DNA of 62,171 nt, filler included, from Sphacelaria rigidula (GCA_964200075.2; 8 parts of 8 records of this genome joined end to end with filler, not necessarily neighbours in it), one strand, 5' to 3'; positions 11,617-24,664 are shown, counted from the first letter of the whole stretch. Program-made: numbers and translations. The notes: generated by a model from the sequence alone, not told the origin.

Positions 11617-12169
11617 CTGAGTAACTAAAGAAATAGCTAGGTATTTTGTTCACTTGAAATCAGAGTGTCTGGCAGCTTACTTGAAATTAGAGTACATTTG
11701 TTTTTCCGTCGGACATCTTCGTCCGTTGCGAGCCATGTGATGGCTGCGTGTTGACATGTGTGACTTGTGCAAGGTTGTGCGGCTTGTGGACGAGTGAGTG
11801 GCGAGTGGGGAGCGACTACAGAGACAAAAGAGAGAGCCCCCGAAGTTGGCTTCGGATGACGTGTTCGGAGAGGTAAAGGAGTAGCCCGACCGCATTGACG
11901 CCGACACCCTCTTTTAAAAACCTGTTTTCAACAACGTTTTCGTGACATTGAGAGTAGAGCGCGGATTGAGAGTGGCTTCGATAATTCGCTTCAACTTAAC
12001 CAATTCAAAATCCGTGTATGCTCTTCTTTGTCTCCATCACTGCCGTGTGCTTACAGCTACACGTCGATATCCTACTCAGGGATATCAAGCGCTTCAGTGG
12101 CAAGCTCCTACAGAAAGAATATCGGGCCTCGTGGAGAGGCATTTCGGAACTGAAACGATTGAGTCACTG

Positions 12170-12230
12170 ATTGACCGCTTTTCACTCTCAATCGTATCCT
12201 CTACTCTCAACCTCACGAAAACATTGTTTT
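12170..12230. repeat. Dispersed repeat motif (also ~53704-53755, ~60215-60270, 62113-62171 in opposite orientation)
   Basis: ATTGACCGCTTTTCACTCTCAATCGTATCCTCTACTCTCAACCTCACGAAAACA is the reverse complement of the window end. Confidence 0.7.
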
Positions 12231-13419
12231 TCGTCGTCCGAGCGAGATTCATACCGCAGATTCATGTCGCTAAAAAAAGTTCGTTACAGTGAGCTTTACG
12301 CAATTGAGAGATTGCACAGCGTTTGGTCGGTGGACTTCTTACGGTGTACGTTCATGTCGACCTTAAAACGACCATAATTTTTCAAGCCCTTGACCGCGAG
12401 GGCAGTCCATCTGGACCATTCATACGCCTTTGGAGTGAAATTTATACCGATTCAACAGATGAGCTACTCTCGCCGTCCAAGGGTTAAACTACTTTCTCGC
12501 CCTCATATCGTGACTGTACGTTACACACACGACGAGCCTGCTCAACACTGCCTAACACACGCACGTGCGGCACGCCCCTTTGTCCTGGCACGTCATCCGC
12601 AGCCAACGCATCAGGGACTCCCTCTTCTTTCCAGTCACCACACACTCTTGCAAACTCCGCGATTTTCATGTATTTATCAAGTATCTTGGAATCGACCTAT
12701 TGAGCGTGGCGGCGAAAGCCACCGAAAGTCTAATAAATCTGATCGATGTTTTCCTCAGTACTTGTTCTGGCCATAACTTCCGTCCGGCGACGAGTCAGAG
12801 CACCCAAACAGGTGTTGTTACTCTCGCTTTGGTGCCAGCTACACGCTCACCAATTTTCAGCGTAATCGGGCAAGATTCCGGAATTGTTTTTTGGTACCAA
12901 ATGACAACCAACGGATACCGCCACCAGGCGTATTTGCTGTCCCAGGATAGTGCGAATTGATGAAAATGTCTGGACGATGACGGATCAGAGCATCAGCGCA
13001 CTTCAGGCTGGCTACACGGTGCCAGGAAACCTCATGAGGGTGTTCCTCTATGCTGCTTTTGGTCCTGTTTGCTCCGGAGATACACTGTTTTACCTCAAGA
13101 AGTGAGACCAACTAGCCTGTACCACTGCTACTACTACTACCACCCCCACCACTGTGTACATAGTGTGCTGCCAATATCAAGTCCCGTAATCAAGCTTTGA
13201 AAAACGATAACAGTGAAACCAGAGAGTTGGCGCAAGTCGAGAGCATAATCCAATGCAGTTGGTACAGCAGCACCGAATAGCCCGACACACTGCAGCACAA
13301 ACCAACCCCAACGCAGGACAGGACATGACAGGACAGGATGGCAGAACGCCACACACAACACAGAGTCTTCTCAATGGAGCAAAAGAACTTAGACCCCCTG
13401 CTCCTCTCCCGTTTCTCCG

Positions 13420-13513
13420 GCTGGTTTGGCAAAAAATCGCATTCTCCGTCTCTCCTTTGTAGGGATGCGAGGTCAATGGTGTTATGACTATGGCATGCAA
13501 GATCATGAGTACT
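13420..13513 (+). mobile_element. Ultra-short element, long form (intronic)
   Basis: CTGGTTTGGCAAAAAATCGCATTCTCCGTCTCTCCTTTGTAGGGATGCGAGGTCAATGGTGTTATGACTATGGCATGCAAGATCATGAGTAC followed by a C-rich flank. Confidence 0.75.
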
Positions 13514-13541
13514 CCCTGCCCCCCCGCAATAACAAGCACAC

Positions 13542-13737
13542 CTCGAACTGCGAGAACTTTTGTCCCTGGTCAGCGATGGCGAGGCTGAACTCTTCCAGGT
13601 TGAGGTCGCCGTTACCGTCCAGGTCGGACGCTTTGAACACCGCCTCCGCACCGGTGTCGGTCAACCTCTTGGCGAAGTCCTGCGCGCTCTGCGGGGACAC
13701 CGACAGCTGCTGCTTCTTCCACCAGTACGCGCTGACG
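13542..13737 (-). CDS. Exon encoding a canonical EF-hand (same gene)
   Basis: cacag|C GTC AGC...: VSAYWWKKQQLSVSPQSAQDFAKRLTDTGAEAVFKASDLDGNGDLNLEEFSLAIADQGQKFSQFE|gtgtgc. GC3-rich codons. The loop DLDGNGDLNLEE fits the EF-hand consensus. Confidence 0.85.
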
Positions 13738-14774
13738 CTGTGTCGTGTTGTCAGCGGCAGCGGGTCGATGCGGATAGGGGTGAGTTGCGGGGGACGGGGG
13801 AGAGACCCGTTCATGTTCGAGTTTTGCAACAAATGCCAAGCCCAGGGAGAATTTGAGGTCTACTTACCTCATGGGTCAATTGATTAGTTTGCGTGAGATA
13901 CGAGGGACAGGGGAGAGGGCATGTACGAGTTTTGCAGTGAATTTTAAGCCTAGGATAAACTTGAGGTCTGCTTACCTCATGAGCTGATTGATCGATTGGT
14001 TGATTAGTTATTGCACGTTGAGTAATCCGATACACGCTCACATGTGGTCTCAACACAGACGTACCCGAGGCAAACGACTAGGAAGCACTCGTCGAAGAAA
14101 AATCCAGAGGAAGGGAATGATGCAACAAAAAAGGATAAACAAACAGGGCGAACACTCGAACGTCGGAATAACATGACATCCTGAGCATGAAACGGGGGGT
14201 GGGGGGGCAAGTAGACCGTATGTACAAGTTTCGAGACAGCCAGAGAGCTAAGCGGGTGATAGCCCCGACTGCGCTTGCAATCGTTATGGATATACGAAGA
14301 TTTCTCAAGACGTAGCTCCATTGGTGTGCCTCTGTGTGTGGCATCGCAACTGGTGAGCGTCAAGTAGAGCGATACCCATGATACTATTGACAGTAAAGCC
14401 ATTACACCCGCCACTTGAAACGCGGCGACAAGCTGGATTCTATCTATCGTCGTCTTGAAACGAAAAACAACAAGAAAATGAGAAAACAAAATCGTGGCGA
14501 ATCGCTCCTTGTGATGAACTGGCGTCCATCGACGTCTACAAAACAGGTTATTCTCCAAAAATCGCTAGACTTCAAATGGACAAACACTACTCGGAACCAT
14601 CAGTTCTCGCGCTCAAAGGGTTTTGAGCTTGGACCCCCTCCCCCCCCAAAAGTTTATTTTCAGTAGCTGGTAGGGGTTCGCATACTGGGAGCACACTAGG
14701 AAAGAAGCCAAGCCCAGCCCAGTCCAGTGCGGTGTAGTGCTGTCAACAATCTCTGCAGTACACGGGCTTTGTAC

Positions 14775-14932
14775 CTGTCGTAGTTGACGAGAAACCGCGC
14801 CAGATAGGCAACAAATCGGGGTGAGTAGGTCTCCTGTGCTGTGCCTCCAACGAGACTCTTCTCGAAGGAGTTGACCGGCGTCCACGTCATTTCCGTACCC
14901 GGGTCGAACGCTGACGCCTGGCTAGCTGACAC
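14775..14932 (-). CDS. Exon of EF-hand-containing protein (probable N-terminal extension of an algal mitochondrial-carrier-family protein)
   Basis: VSASQASAFDPGTEMTWTPVNSFEKSLVGGTAQETYSPRFVAYLARFLVNYD(S), donor AG|gtacaa. Phase-compatible with the exon at 13737. The acceptor position is ambiguous by a few codons. The family call is from recollection of the YSPRFVAYLARFL..YD....WW motif in diatom/brown algal proteins. Confidence 0.72.
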
Positions 14933-15407
14933 CTGGCTAGGAAGCTGTGTGTGTGTGAGTGGATAGATACAGCAGATACGAGAGATAAAATACGTTAATT
15001 TGCCATGGGGAATGGGGATCTGGTGACGGGTCACAAATTGATACAAGCTAGTCACAAACAAGAAATCCGCCACCATGTTTTTCTGCTTTTTCGTCCCCAG
15101 GAGACAGCTACGACAGGTAGGAACCTTTACCGTGCACTTTGCTATTTCTCGTTTCGTACAGCGCTTTCGAGTGCGCTTCACCTCGCCGCCGCATCAAATT
15201 CAGTTCGAGAACCACAGTTGTCACTGAGGCGGTCCGGTGTGCGGGTAGCCACCAAGGTGGGGGTGCCCCCCCACCCAGGTGTCTCGGACTTGAATGGGCT
15301 CCTCGTCCTGAAACAGGTAGAACCATCCTCACCGAGAAGACCTTCTTTCAATGCCCCCAGTTCGACTCTGTACATCCTCCACCAATCTAACTCTTCCTTC
15401 CCCCCCT

Positions 15408-15470
15408 TGCTCCGTCTCGAAAGGGATGCGTGGTCAATGGTCAAATGACTAAGGCAAGCAACAAATGAGT
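15408..15470 (+). mobile_element. Ultra-short element (short form), cut at contig end
   Basis: Identical to the 2011-2077 copy over its length; preceded by a C-run. Confidence 0.85.
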
Positions 15471-15570
15471 NNNNNNNNNNNNNNNNNNNNNNNNNNNNNN
15501 NNNNNNNNNNNNNNTTAATTAATTAANNNNNNNNNNNNNNNNNNNNNNNNNNNNNNNNNNNNNNNNNNNN
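15471..15570. other. Artificial contig linker
   Basis: N44-TTAATTAATTAA-N44. Confidence 0.99.
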
Positions 15571-16915
15571 TCCCTCAGGTTTTCAGAACCGTTTTCATCT
15601 TGTGCATGCAGCTCATGAAAACCAAACTCTCTAGCTTTCTCAGGTCTTGCGAAATCGGTGCATTCTGTTAGCGTGACCACCACAGCGCAGACGGGAGGTA
15701 GCTATGATCCGGTTTGCCTGATGTACTGCCGACAGCGTCGCGTGAAAGCCACAACAAGACCCTTGTTGTCGGCGGTTGATGGCGTGGGTCTCGAATGCAA
15801 CGACATGCGGTTGATCGTAGAGCACTCTCGTCTCTCCTTTCGAGTTGTGATAATCCATGATCTCCTGACATCGGAAAAAATATTACCTGTGGGAAGGTAC
15901 ACGTGCTGTATCGAGCTGTCGACGCGACCACAGTATGTGTGCTGCAGATTGCTTATGCGCCACGCTAGCAACAGTTAGGTCCCCACCATAGGTATCTTTT
16001 TTCACTCTGCATGTCAAAGAGGTCTCTACAAGTGTTTCATCTCTCACGCACACACACCCCAACTGGCATGTCGTCAAGCGCCCCGTTGGCGGGAGGGGGA
16101 GGTTGGCGAGAATCAAGGATGAATAACACCCCCTAAGTCCAAATTGGATCTATCTGTTATTGCCGCAGCACCGCCCTTGCTGGCATGTGTGTGACAGAGA
16201 ACAGTAGTAGCGATGACGGAAACATTGCCCTGTTTATCAGCGACATGCTTGTCAGCGCACAGAGGCGCGTCTTGTCAAGAAGGAGAGGCAGAGAGAAATC
16301 GATCTTCGCATTCGTGAGCTCGACAGGCAATTGTGAGACGAGATAATATCTCTCCGCAGCTCGGTGTTTCGGGACATGGAAATTGGGCACATGCTGGTAA
16401 CATCGATGATGTCAGTCTCTCGAGACTTTGGTAATCGCCGAGCGAGGACACAAAAAGGACACGGGCGAGGAGCTTCCTCTCTGTTGTTGCTTCTCTCTCT
16501 GGTGATATCGTCATCGACACGCGTGTACACCACATTCGTTAGGTGACCTAGCCACAGCTGCTTAACTGCTGCGGACATATGGGGGGGAAGATGGCTTTGC
16601 TTCGTCGTCGTGTTTTGTGTCTTCCCTGCAAAAGAGAAATGTCACTTCAACCTCATTTTGTAGATCAACCCCATATTTCAGGATGCACTGTTTATTGTCG
16701 CTTCAATACCTCCGAGAAGACCTCAACCCAACATATATTGCGAGGACAATACTCGTCATGTTTCCATAAGTAAGTATTGGTATCGTGTTGGAACATCCTG
16801 TGTTGTCCAGGGTATAAAAAACACAGCACCGGTCACCAGAGGGGTATCAGAAGGCGCATATCGACCCGCGATTTCCGTCGTCTTCTACTGCGAAACAAAC
16901 CATGCAAAACGAATA

Positions 16916-17781
16916 CAGGGGGAGGGCTATCAGCAGTGCCGGTTGAATAGTGCCGACGACCTATATCATGCCGGTAAAATCTCCGGGCACAGCCAGAGCT
17001 TGCAGAGGTATCGCCCGGCACTACTGACAGATGACCCTCAGTAGTGCCGGTTTGAACGGTTTTGTACCCTCAACTGTGCCGGTTCCGGACACACTCACGT
17101 ACGCCTTACCCCCCACCAACCGAACATCAGTAGGGGTACAGCAGGGTACGTGCTGGTGCAGACCTTGCAACGTAGGGACACAACATGCCTTGTGCGGAAG
17201 GTGAACTGTGCCTAGTGCAGGCCACGACGCCAGAAGGTCGTCATGGCTACGGTCGCCAGGGGACATGTGGCGGGAAGCTTCACGGTATTTGCGGCAGCAT
17301 GTTTGGCGACAACGAAATGCACCGCATCTGCAGCAAGTGCGATCAAAAAAAGGGCATGAGCAACTTTCGCCTTTTGTCGGGAAGGTCTTTCGGCACGAGC
17401 AACTTGCGTGGCCGTACTGCTGCTGTTATGCTAGTAGGGAAATAAATGATCAAGCTGTGGACAGGATCAATCAAGTTGGGTGTGAAAAACAAAAAAACAT
17501 CGGGTTTAGTTGTGCCACCCCGAAACCTTACGTGACGTATCCTATCGAAACCCCTTGAAACAAAGGTCCTTGTCCGTTTTGTGCTCCTGTTGGTCCCACG
17601 AAGGACAAGCGTAGCACTGTACGAACGGACGGTCGTCAGTAGTGCCAGAACCGGCACTACTGAGGTGCTCAGAGCCTTCAATTGCACCTGTTTTGGTACT
17701 TTTCAGAGTAGTACCGGGCTCTCTGAGCAGTACCGGTGACCTTGGTGGGCACATACCGGCGCTACTGAGAGCCCCCCACTG
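16916..17781 (+). mobile_element. TA-flanked Tc1/pogo-type deletion derivative carrying a Cys/His finger fragment
   Basis: TA|CAGGGGGAGGGCTATCAGCAGTGCCGG ... CCGGCGCTACTGAGAGCCCCCCACTG|TA, with many subterminal CAGTAGTGCCGG motifs. Internal ORF 17185-17445 contains C-x4-C...H...CGGKLHGICG...MHRICSKC. Confidence 0.78.
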
Positions 17782-20431
17782 TATTGCGAAGGGACAACTC
17801 AACGACCCTCACATCTTTTCTTCGGAATGATTCGAAATGACGCTCGAATAACATCCTGCCCGCCAGCAAATTATGCTCTTCTTGGACTACATGGAATGAG
17901 AGTAGGCGTTTACTTATTATGCAAATCAAGACATTTTTTTATGCTAGTGCTCGCCAAAATTTATACTCGAATTATGCTCGTATTTTGAAATATAGATATG
18001 CTTGATTTATGTTAGTATCGTCGAACATGTGCTTGACTTATGCTCGCAACGTGAATTTATGCTCGAGTACACTCGTGGTATCTTAATATACAACAAGGAT
18101 GCCACTTTCGACCGGATACAGACCCACCGACCACAATCAGACTGGCAGTTTCAGATCATCAGTGTCAGTGGATGACTATTTCTAGAGCATACACGTGGCA
18201 TACACGTATTTCAGACTTGCGGTCGATGACAGCAGAGTTTTCGCCCAAAATTTGCAGCAGGCCAACATTTGGACCCAATTTTGTGGCGACGAATCTCGAT
18301 TTGTACGAAGTAGACGATTTCAGCCCGTCTACAGGCGACTTTCTCCCGTTGATTTATTTTTCGGGCCCCCGTCCGTAGGGGAAAAATCGGGGGAGATGCG
18401 GGAGTGTCCCGATTTGGGCAGAAAGGTGATAAATCAAGAGTCAGCATCCAGATAATCGGAGAATTGATCTGGTTTTCTCCCAGCTAGCCGAAAAACATAG
18501 TCTGTCGGACGAGGGTCCAAAAAATCAATCCACGGTAGAGTTCGCCTGTAGACGGGCTGAAATCCTCATATTTGCTGAAATCCTCATATTAACCCCGAAG
18601 GTGAAAAATTGTGCTCGATTATACTACTTGCTGAAACGCTATGCTATCTGTTCTACTTGCTGAAACGTAATGCTACTTACGCTACCAAGATGGAGTCATG
18701 CCAACAATTGTGCCAGCATAAGAAGCAAAATGCTAAATGAGAGATTGGTTGGACGGGATGGCTTCCAGGACGCGGCGGAGTTTGGCACTTGAATAATACA
18801 GTTCATTGGAATATATGCCCGGTATTCATGCACCCGTCCAAAAGTTGTCATTGTTGTTTTTGACTTCAAATAAAAAACCGTTTCGACATCTGGACAGTAC
18901 TTTGTACTGGGCATCTAATGCGGACGCCATCCGTGGTCACAGACGAACTACCCCTAAAATAAGGCAAAAAAAAATCAATAAATAAAATCGGACCCAGAAA
19001 AATCCCCACAGACGCGATACAAACAATAAATAAAATAAGAATAAGGGGAGAAAAAGTTGGGATAATAGCTTTCCAAGTTCCGATGCAGTATGCGACCATG
19101 CGGGGTACTGGAGGCAGGGCCCATTGGTCCACTCAACACGCGAAGCCAAACAGGAAGGGATCCAAACTTATCGACCATGATCACCAGCCATAGCGATAAG
19201 AATCGCAGGGTTTCATCCTTGTACCTCTAGAGGGACAGCCATGTTGGGTACGTGATATAATGCCGTACACGCTCCCGATTTGTATACTGACACGGCAATA
19301 TGTTGTTACCCATACGGCCCCAACATATTTATATACTTCCTCTGTCCCACAAATCTGGTCGGTTATGTTTGTGCGAGCCTTTACTCGTGTCTGATCTGAT
19401 TTGCGATGCTTCTTTCGAGTTGTCCGCTGTTTTTTTAGTTAGAGGCATGTATTTTTTCTTCCCAGGTCGCTTTTGAAGTATACGGTCGAACGCCCGCAAA
19501 AAAATCAGTCGGCCCAAAAATGACCGTGTTTCGCCCCTTTCTCAGGGGCAAAAAATTGGCTCCATCAAGCCCTTTGGCACCCTCACCTGGCCCGGTGAGA
19601 TAGCGAGCGCAACCTCCCATCGCAATCGTATAGCGGCGACCCACATTTTAGCTCGCCACCCGTTCGGCGAGCGGGGCGGGGTACTCGGAGGCAAATCCAT
19701 TGTATTGTGATGTCTGTGGGCTAGCAGGGGAATGTTCAACACGAATTCTAAGCATTCTCGAAACAAGGCCAAAATGGGGTATATTCTGACCTGATTCTAG
19801 TATAGAAAACGATCTTTTCTGTTCTTTTATTTTCTTCATCAGCTTCGTATGCGTTTCATGCTTCAATAGAACCCAGCTATGAAGTCATCGTCAACACCGT
19901 TGCACCCAAACAAACAACCGCCCATAACCGACCAGACTTACGGGACAGAGGAAGTATATATACTACACAAGGGCGCTTCGCGGCTGGCCGCTTAGGCGAC
20001 CCGCCGCTTCGCTCGTAGGCTGCATGCGATGTCATGTGCTGTAGTAGTATTCGCAATTCAGCGTGTGGTAGGTGGTGACTCGTGGAATTAATCATGTTGA
20101 TGATGAAGAGCAACTGTTGTTGATGCAGTTGCAGGAGTAGCACCGGAGAAGAAGACGCACATGTGCGTGGTCGGGGCCGCAGCATGATAACAAATTGAGA
20201 AATTGGTTGACATTGATGCAGAATGGAGATTTTGTACCGCTAATCGAAGCTGGCATTGATTTATTATTTCATTATCGTAGACGCTGCTACTCTATGACAA
20301 CGTAGGCCACCTGCTACTACTACATAGTGGCCTGACCCAATATATACATTACTCCTCCATTCTCCTCTATACCAGCAGGCTGTCGAATGTTCTTCCCTAC
20401 CCGCATCTCAACAGCCTGCAAGCTCCTTTTG

Positions 20432-20652
20432 CGCTGACTACTTTGGGCTGACTACTTTGGTTCAGAGGATATTTGAAGGATAGCCCCTCTAACCTAACAA
20501 TGTTGTTAGGTCCTCTGAACCAAAGTAATCGGCGCAGTAAGCGCTGACTACTTTGGTTCCGAAGATAGCCCCCCTAACCTAACCCAACAATATACTTTGG
20601 TTCAGAGGATAGCAATTGTTAGGTTAGAGAGGCTATCCTTTGACCTTAAGTA
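20432..20652. repeat. Short direct/inverted repeat cluster CTGACTACTTTGGTTCAGAGGATAGC with CCTAAC motifs
   Basis: The unit recurs at least four times, with inverted copies at ~20510-20530 and ~20620-20655. Confidence 0.7.
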
Positions 20653-22203
20653 GTCAGGTATGGAGACGGCGGTACGAAAAAGGGCGGAATGCCCCATTTT
20701 CGCCGTATCTGCCCCCGCTAATAAAAATGAAACAAAATAAAAACCCTGGAAACAAGCGACGAAGGACGGCAGAGTAGTGTAGCAATACGACTCGTGCGAC
20801 CGGTGTTGCGACGATGGACACACGCTGTCACGCGGTAGTCATGACGGTCGGAAACTAGAGCCAAAAAAAAAAAAAACGTGACGCGAGACTGTAGGAGGAC
20901 CCCAACACACTGGTCGTTGTAAAGAAGCAGCGCTGTGATTACGGCACGTGTCGGAGACCGCGGAGACGCGACGTTGCCACCTCGCTAGCGCTGCGCGACG
21001 GCCGCGGCGAGGGCGATCCGCACGCGGGCAAGGCCCTCGGGACTGAGAGCTATCGCTACGCGAAAGCGTCGCGGCGAAACGAGACCGCGGAGCGGAGAAA
21101 TCGCAGAAAAACATATCTAGAGCGCTGAGAGCGCACGGTAGCTCAATGAAGCACGCTGAGCGCTCGAGTATGAAGGTATATAGGTATATATTGACCGGTC
21201 AAAATGTCATCACACACACGTCCCCAATATATGTACATGTATCATTTCACATTTTTCACGACGTTTGCCGAGTTTTCTCTGACGGCAAGGCATGCTTCCC
21301 GCGCTTTCTTTTGCAGCGCACTGAGAAGGCTCAGCGGAACATTACCGTTACCGTTCAGGTTTGGGTGTTGTCTGATACCTGTGGCACGTGTTCTGGCGAC
21401 CGAAAGTCGCTCAAACTGGTCCCTTTTTGAGGGGTGTCGATCCCGAACCACCAAAGCCTTTTCAAGAACATGGGGAATTTGAAACAAGAACCCAAATCAC
21501 AAAAAAAGCCTGTCGAAGATCATGGAAATCTTCAAACGGGATTACTTTTGGCGGGGTATTTTTTTCCCGTGTTTCTCTTTGTCGCGTTCTCGTTTATGTG
21601 GGAGCACGAACACACCGGTTATGCCGCCCGATGTCACGAGAACATGAGAGCAAAGCAGTTGAAAACCATTGGACATTGCCTTGGCCCAAGTCAGCAGCAA
21701 ACACAAGACCGTGCAATGGGCCGTTGGCGAGTTGAACAAGGCACAGCAGCACGGCAGCACAAAAATGTTTTGCCACAGATAACAATCACCCTGTTCTAAG
21801 AAAAGGCCCAGTGATGTGAAAGCCGCAGTGATGTGCAAAGAACATGCCAAGAATGTTCCACGCATTCAATTTTTTCGGGAAGTGCCTCCCGCTGTCGTGT
21901 CTTTGTGGTACGAGAGCTACTTCGCAGTCTGGCACCTCGGAAATACCGCACATGTCCAACGCCGGTGGTTACGCCGTCGGCCTCCGTCCGAATTCCCATA
22001 TTTCCAAACAACATCCTATAAGATATGCGATGTTTCGTACAGCCACGATCACTACTGTACATTGAGATACAACAGCCTCTCTTCACCATATATTTTCGAC
22101 TTGCGGTACACCCCCAGGAGGCCCGTACCGACCTCCCGAAGGGGAACCTTGTATATATGTATGTATATATATATATATATTGACCGAGCTATATGCTGTC
22201 ACC

Positions 22204-22301
22204 TATTATTATTGTCATTATTATTATTATTATTATTATTGTTATTGTGATCATTATAATTATTATTGTTGTTATTAATATCATTATTATTATTATTATT
22301 A

Positions 22302-22351
<50 letters not shown>
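22204..22351. repeat. (ATT)n microsatellite
   Basis: About 49 imperfect ATT units; source of the spurious poly-Ile/poly-Leu ORFs. Confidence 0.97.
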
Positions 22352-22353
<2 letters not shown>

Positions 22354-23255
22354 GTTCGTCATATTAGCTCGATATCTCGAACCCGTGGTCACAGAGTACA
22401 AGGGGCACACCACCCAAAACCATAAATCAAACAGCCCCAAGAGGGAGGCAAGAAACAAAACATCTACGCGAAAAAAGGGGCACCTACACTACGATAGATC
22501 CGTAGAAGACCGATTGAACTACAGGAGACCTACTGGAATAAAAAAAGTCCCTGCGTGGGATCTCTCCGACTATCCTGCCACGTACTGGTGTATATACAGA
22601 GTAGTAACAGCGAAAGGGCCGATAACCGAAGACGTTCGCGTAAAACAGAGACCAGTCCCAAAATAGATGTACTGTCTAAAGTGCTGTTCAAAGAGATCCT
22701 ATACAGATCCTGCGCACCAGAGAACGAGAAAGGAAGAGCCGATGGCAACTAGGGGGGAAAGTCAGGAACTATGATCTCCCTCGGGTTCTGGTCAAGAAGC
22801 ATCATTATGGATACACAACAGACAGGGCGTGTCTAGCCTACACACAGTATAGCGCTATCAGCAAAAACAAAATCTGTTCAGAGTATCCAATATTCAACCA
22901 TGGAAACATGGGATACCATCTGTGTGTAGCGTTCACAGCAAACAGTTATCAAAAACCCAACAGAAAAATGATCGTCCGCTCTCAACGAAATTAGCCGCCT
23001 GCTCTGCTCTTCTCCGCTGCAAGGTCCTTTTCGAAGTTGACCTCCTGACGCTCCCAGCTGTCCTCTCCAGCGTCCATGGCCAACCCAATCGCCCATCCCT
23101 ACACAGTGCCCCCTCTGCTTTCTTTCGCGATGAAACACTTCCTCCTTCATTATGCACTCTGGTTCTGATCTATGAATTTTTTCTCGTCCAGGAGGCTCAA
23201 CCAGACTTAACCCGTCCGTCGACGAACGCTCCTCCTCCATCCTTGTCGCCGAAGC

Positions 23256-23355
23256 NNNNNNNNNNNNNNNNNNNNNNNNNNNNNNNNNNNNNNNNNNNNT
23301 TAATTAATTAANNNNNNNNNNNNNNNNNNNNNNNNNNNNNNNNNNNNNNNNNNNN
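23256..23355. other. Artificial contig linker
   Basis: N44-TTAATTAATTAA-N44. Confidence 0.99.
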
Positions 23356-23990
23356 CGTCGGTACTCGTACGTCACCCCGACCCCGGTTCTACGGAGATCC
23401 AGCCTTTCTAGGTATCTGAATCATTCGAACAAGCGCCGCTAAGAACGCAGGGAAACGGTGCCTGGGAGTCGGGAGGGGAACACGTAAATTAGAGGAGGCG
23501 CGGCACTCCGCCGATCGGACGTGACAAACAAGAGGCTGTTGCGTTGAGAGCCGCAAAAAAGTAGGAGAACGGCCAACGGTGGCACAACGGCAGCAACAGC
23601 CCGCGAGACATCTTCAAATATGGAAATGATTGAGACCGTGGTTCGGTGCGTATCTGAGTTGGGATAATCGGCGGAGGGGGCGTATAGCATGAATGAAAAT
23701 TGATGCACGACCTATACCATCTTACGAGCAGTTGGTGCCTTCTCGTCTTCGCTTGTGGCTCTGGTGATATTTCTTTGCACTATTTCGTGGTATAATAGTA
23801 CTTTCCTTAGTCACTGGGTTCCTTCCCGTCCTGTTCCTTGGCTTCTGTGTTCTCTTCTCTTGACTTATTTCTCCCTTTTTTTTCTCGCTCTGCGCCGTAT
23901 CAGTGCTATTATTACAGTGTTCACGTCTCGCTCCTGCAGAGCTCACGGGTGAGCTTTCCTGTCCAGTTAGGTAGATGAGGTGCAGCGTGT

Positions 23991-24560
23991 TGTCACGGCC
24001 TTGCTCTTTGTACTGCACGGTTTCCCTACCTCAAGTGCTAGCAGGGGTTCGTCGGGTTTTCTTCTCTGGAGAAGCGCTACTTAATAATTCTTTGGTACGT
24101 CGTTATTATTGTCATCTCGAGCCACTCTTGTCTTGGTTCTCTGTCTTCACCCCTGATTTTCCAATTTACCTCTCTTCCTGCTATCTCCTCCTTTTCTCGA
24201 GTTTTTTTCAGCGTCTTTTCATGAATTGCACCTCAGGTACGCCAACCTGGGAACCACGGCTGAACTTGTGGCGGATCTGCTACTGTTGTTCTCGACTCAC
24301 TATTTTTTTGGTTTCCTGTCTTCCCCCGTGACTTCAGTCTACTACCCTCTCCGTTCCCCCATTCCTTGTCATCCTCTTCATCCTACCTCAACCCTGTTTC
24401 AAGTGTTCTTCAGCGAGTCTTCCCCTCCAATCACCTTGGGTTCATCAACCTTGAAACCGTGGATGGACTCGTGGTGAATCAGTTCTGTGCGACAATGAGT
24501 CACCGCCTTACCGCGAAAATATATCGTCCTCCATCTCGACGAAATACTGCGAAAATACCG
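23991..24560 (-). mobile_element. Probable LTR plus 3' internal remnant of an LTR retrotransposon
   Basis: Segment bounded by TGTCACGG (23991) and CCGTGAC (~24332), adjacent to a minus-strand purine tract GGAATGGGGGAACGGAGAGGGTAGTAG (PPT-like). Confidence 0.4.
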
Positions 24561-24597
24561 ACAGCATTATGCCATATATGAAAAGGTGGATAGGGGT

Positions 24598-24664
24598 GCG
24601 TACTCATTTGTTGCTTGCCTTAGTCGCTTGACCATTGACCACGCATCCCTTTCGAGACGGAGCA
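24598..24664 (-). mobile_element. Ultra-short element (short form)
   Basis: Two substitutions versus the 2011 copy. Imperfect flanking repeat AGGTGGAtaGGGG / AGGTGGAcgGGGG. Confidence 0.85.

Noticed and set aside
15181-15308. Possible additional upstream exon of the EF-hand gene
   Set aside because: Splice sites are plausible, but the frame and phase are ambiguous and there is no recognisable motif.
18094-19221. Possible hAT element bounded by CAAGGATG / CATCCTTG
   Set aside because: The match is only 8 bp and the flanks do not form a TSD.
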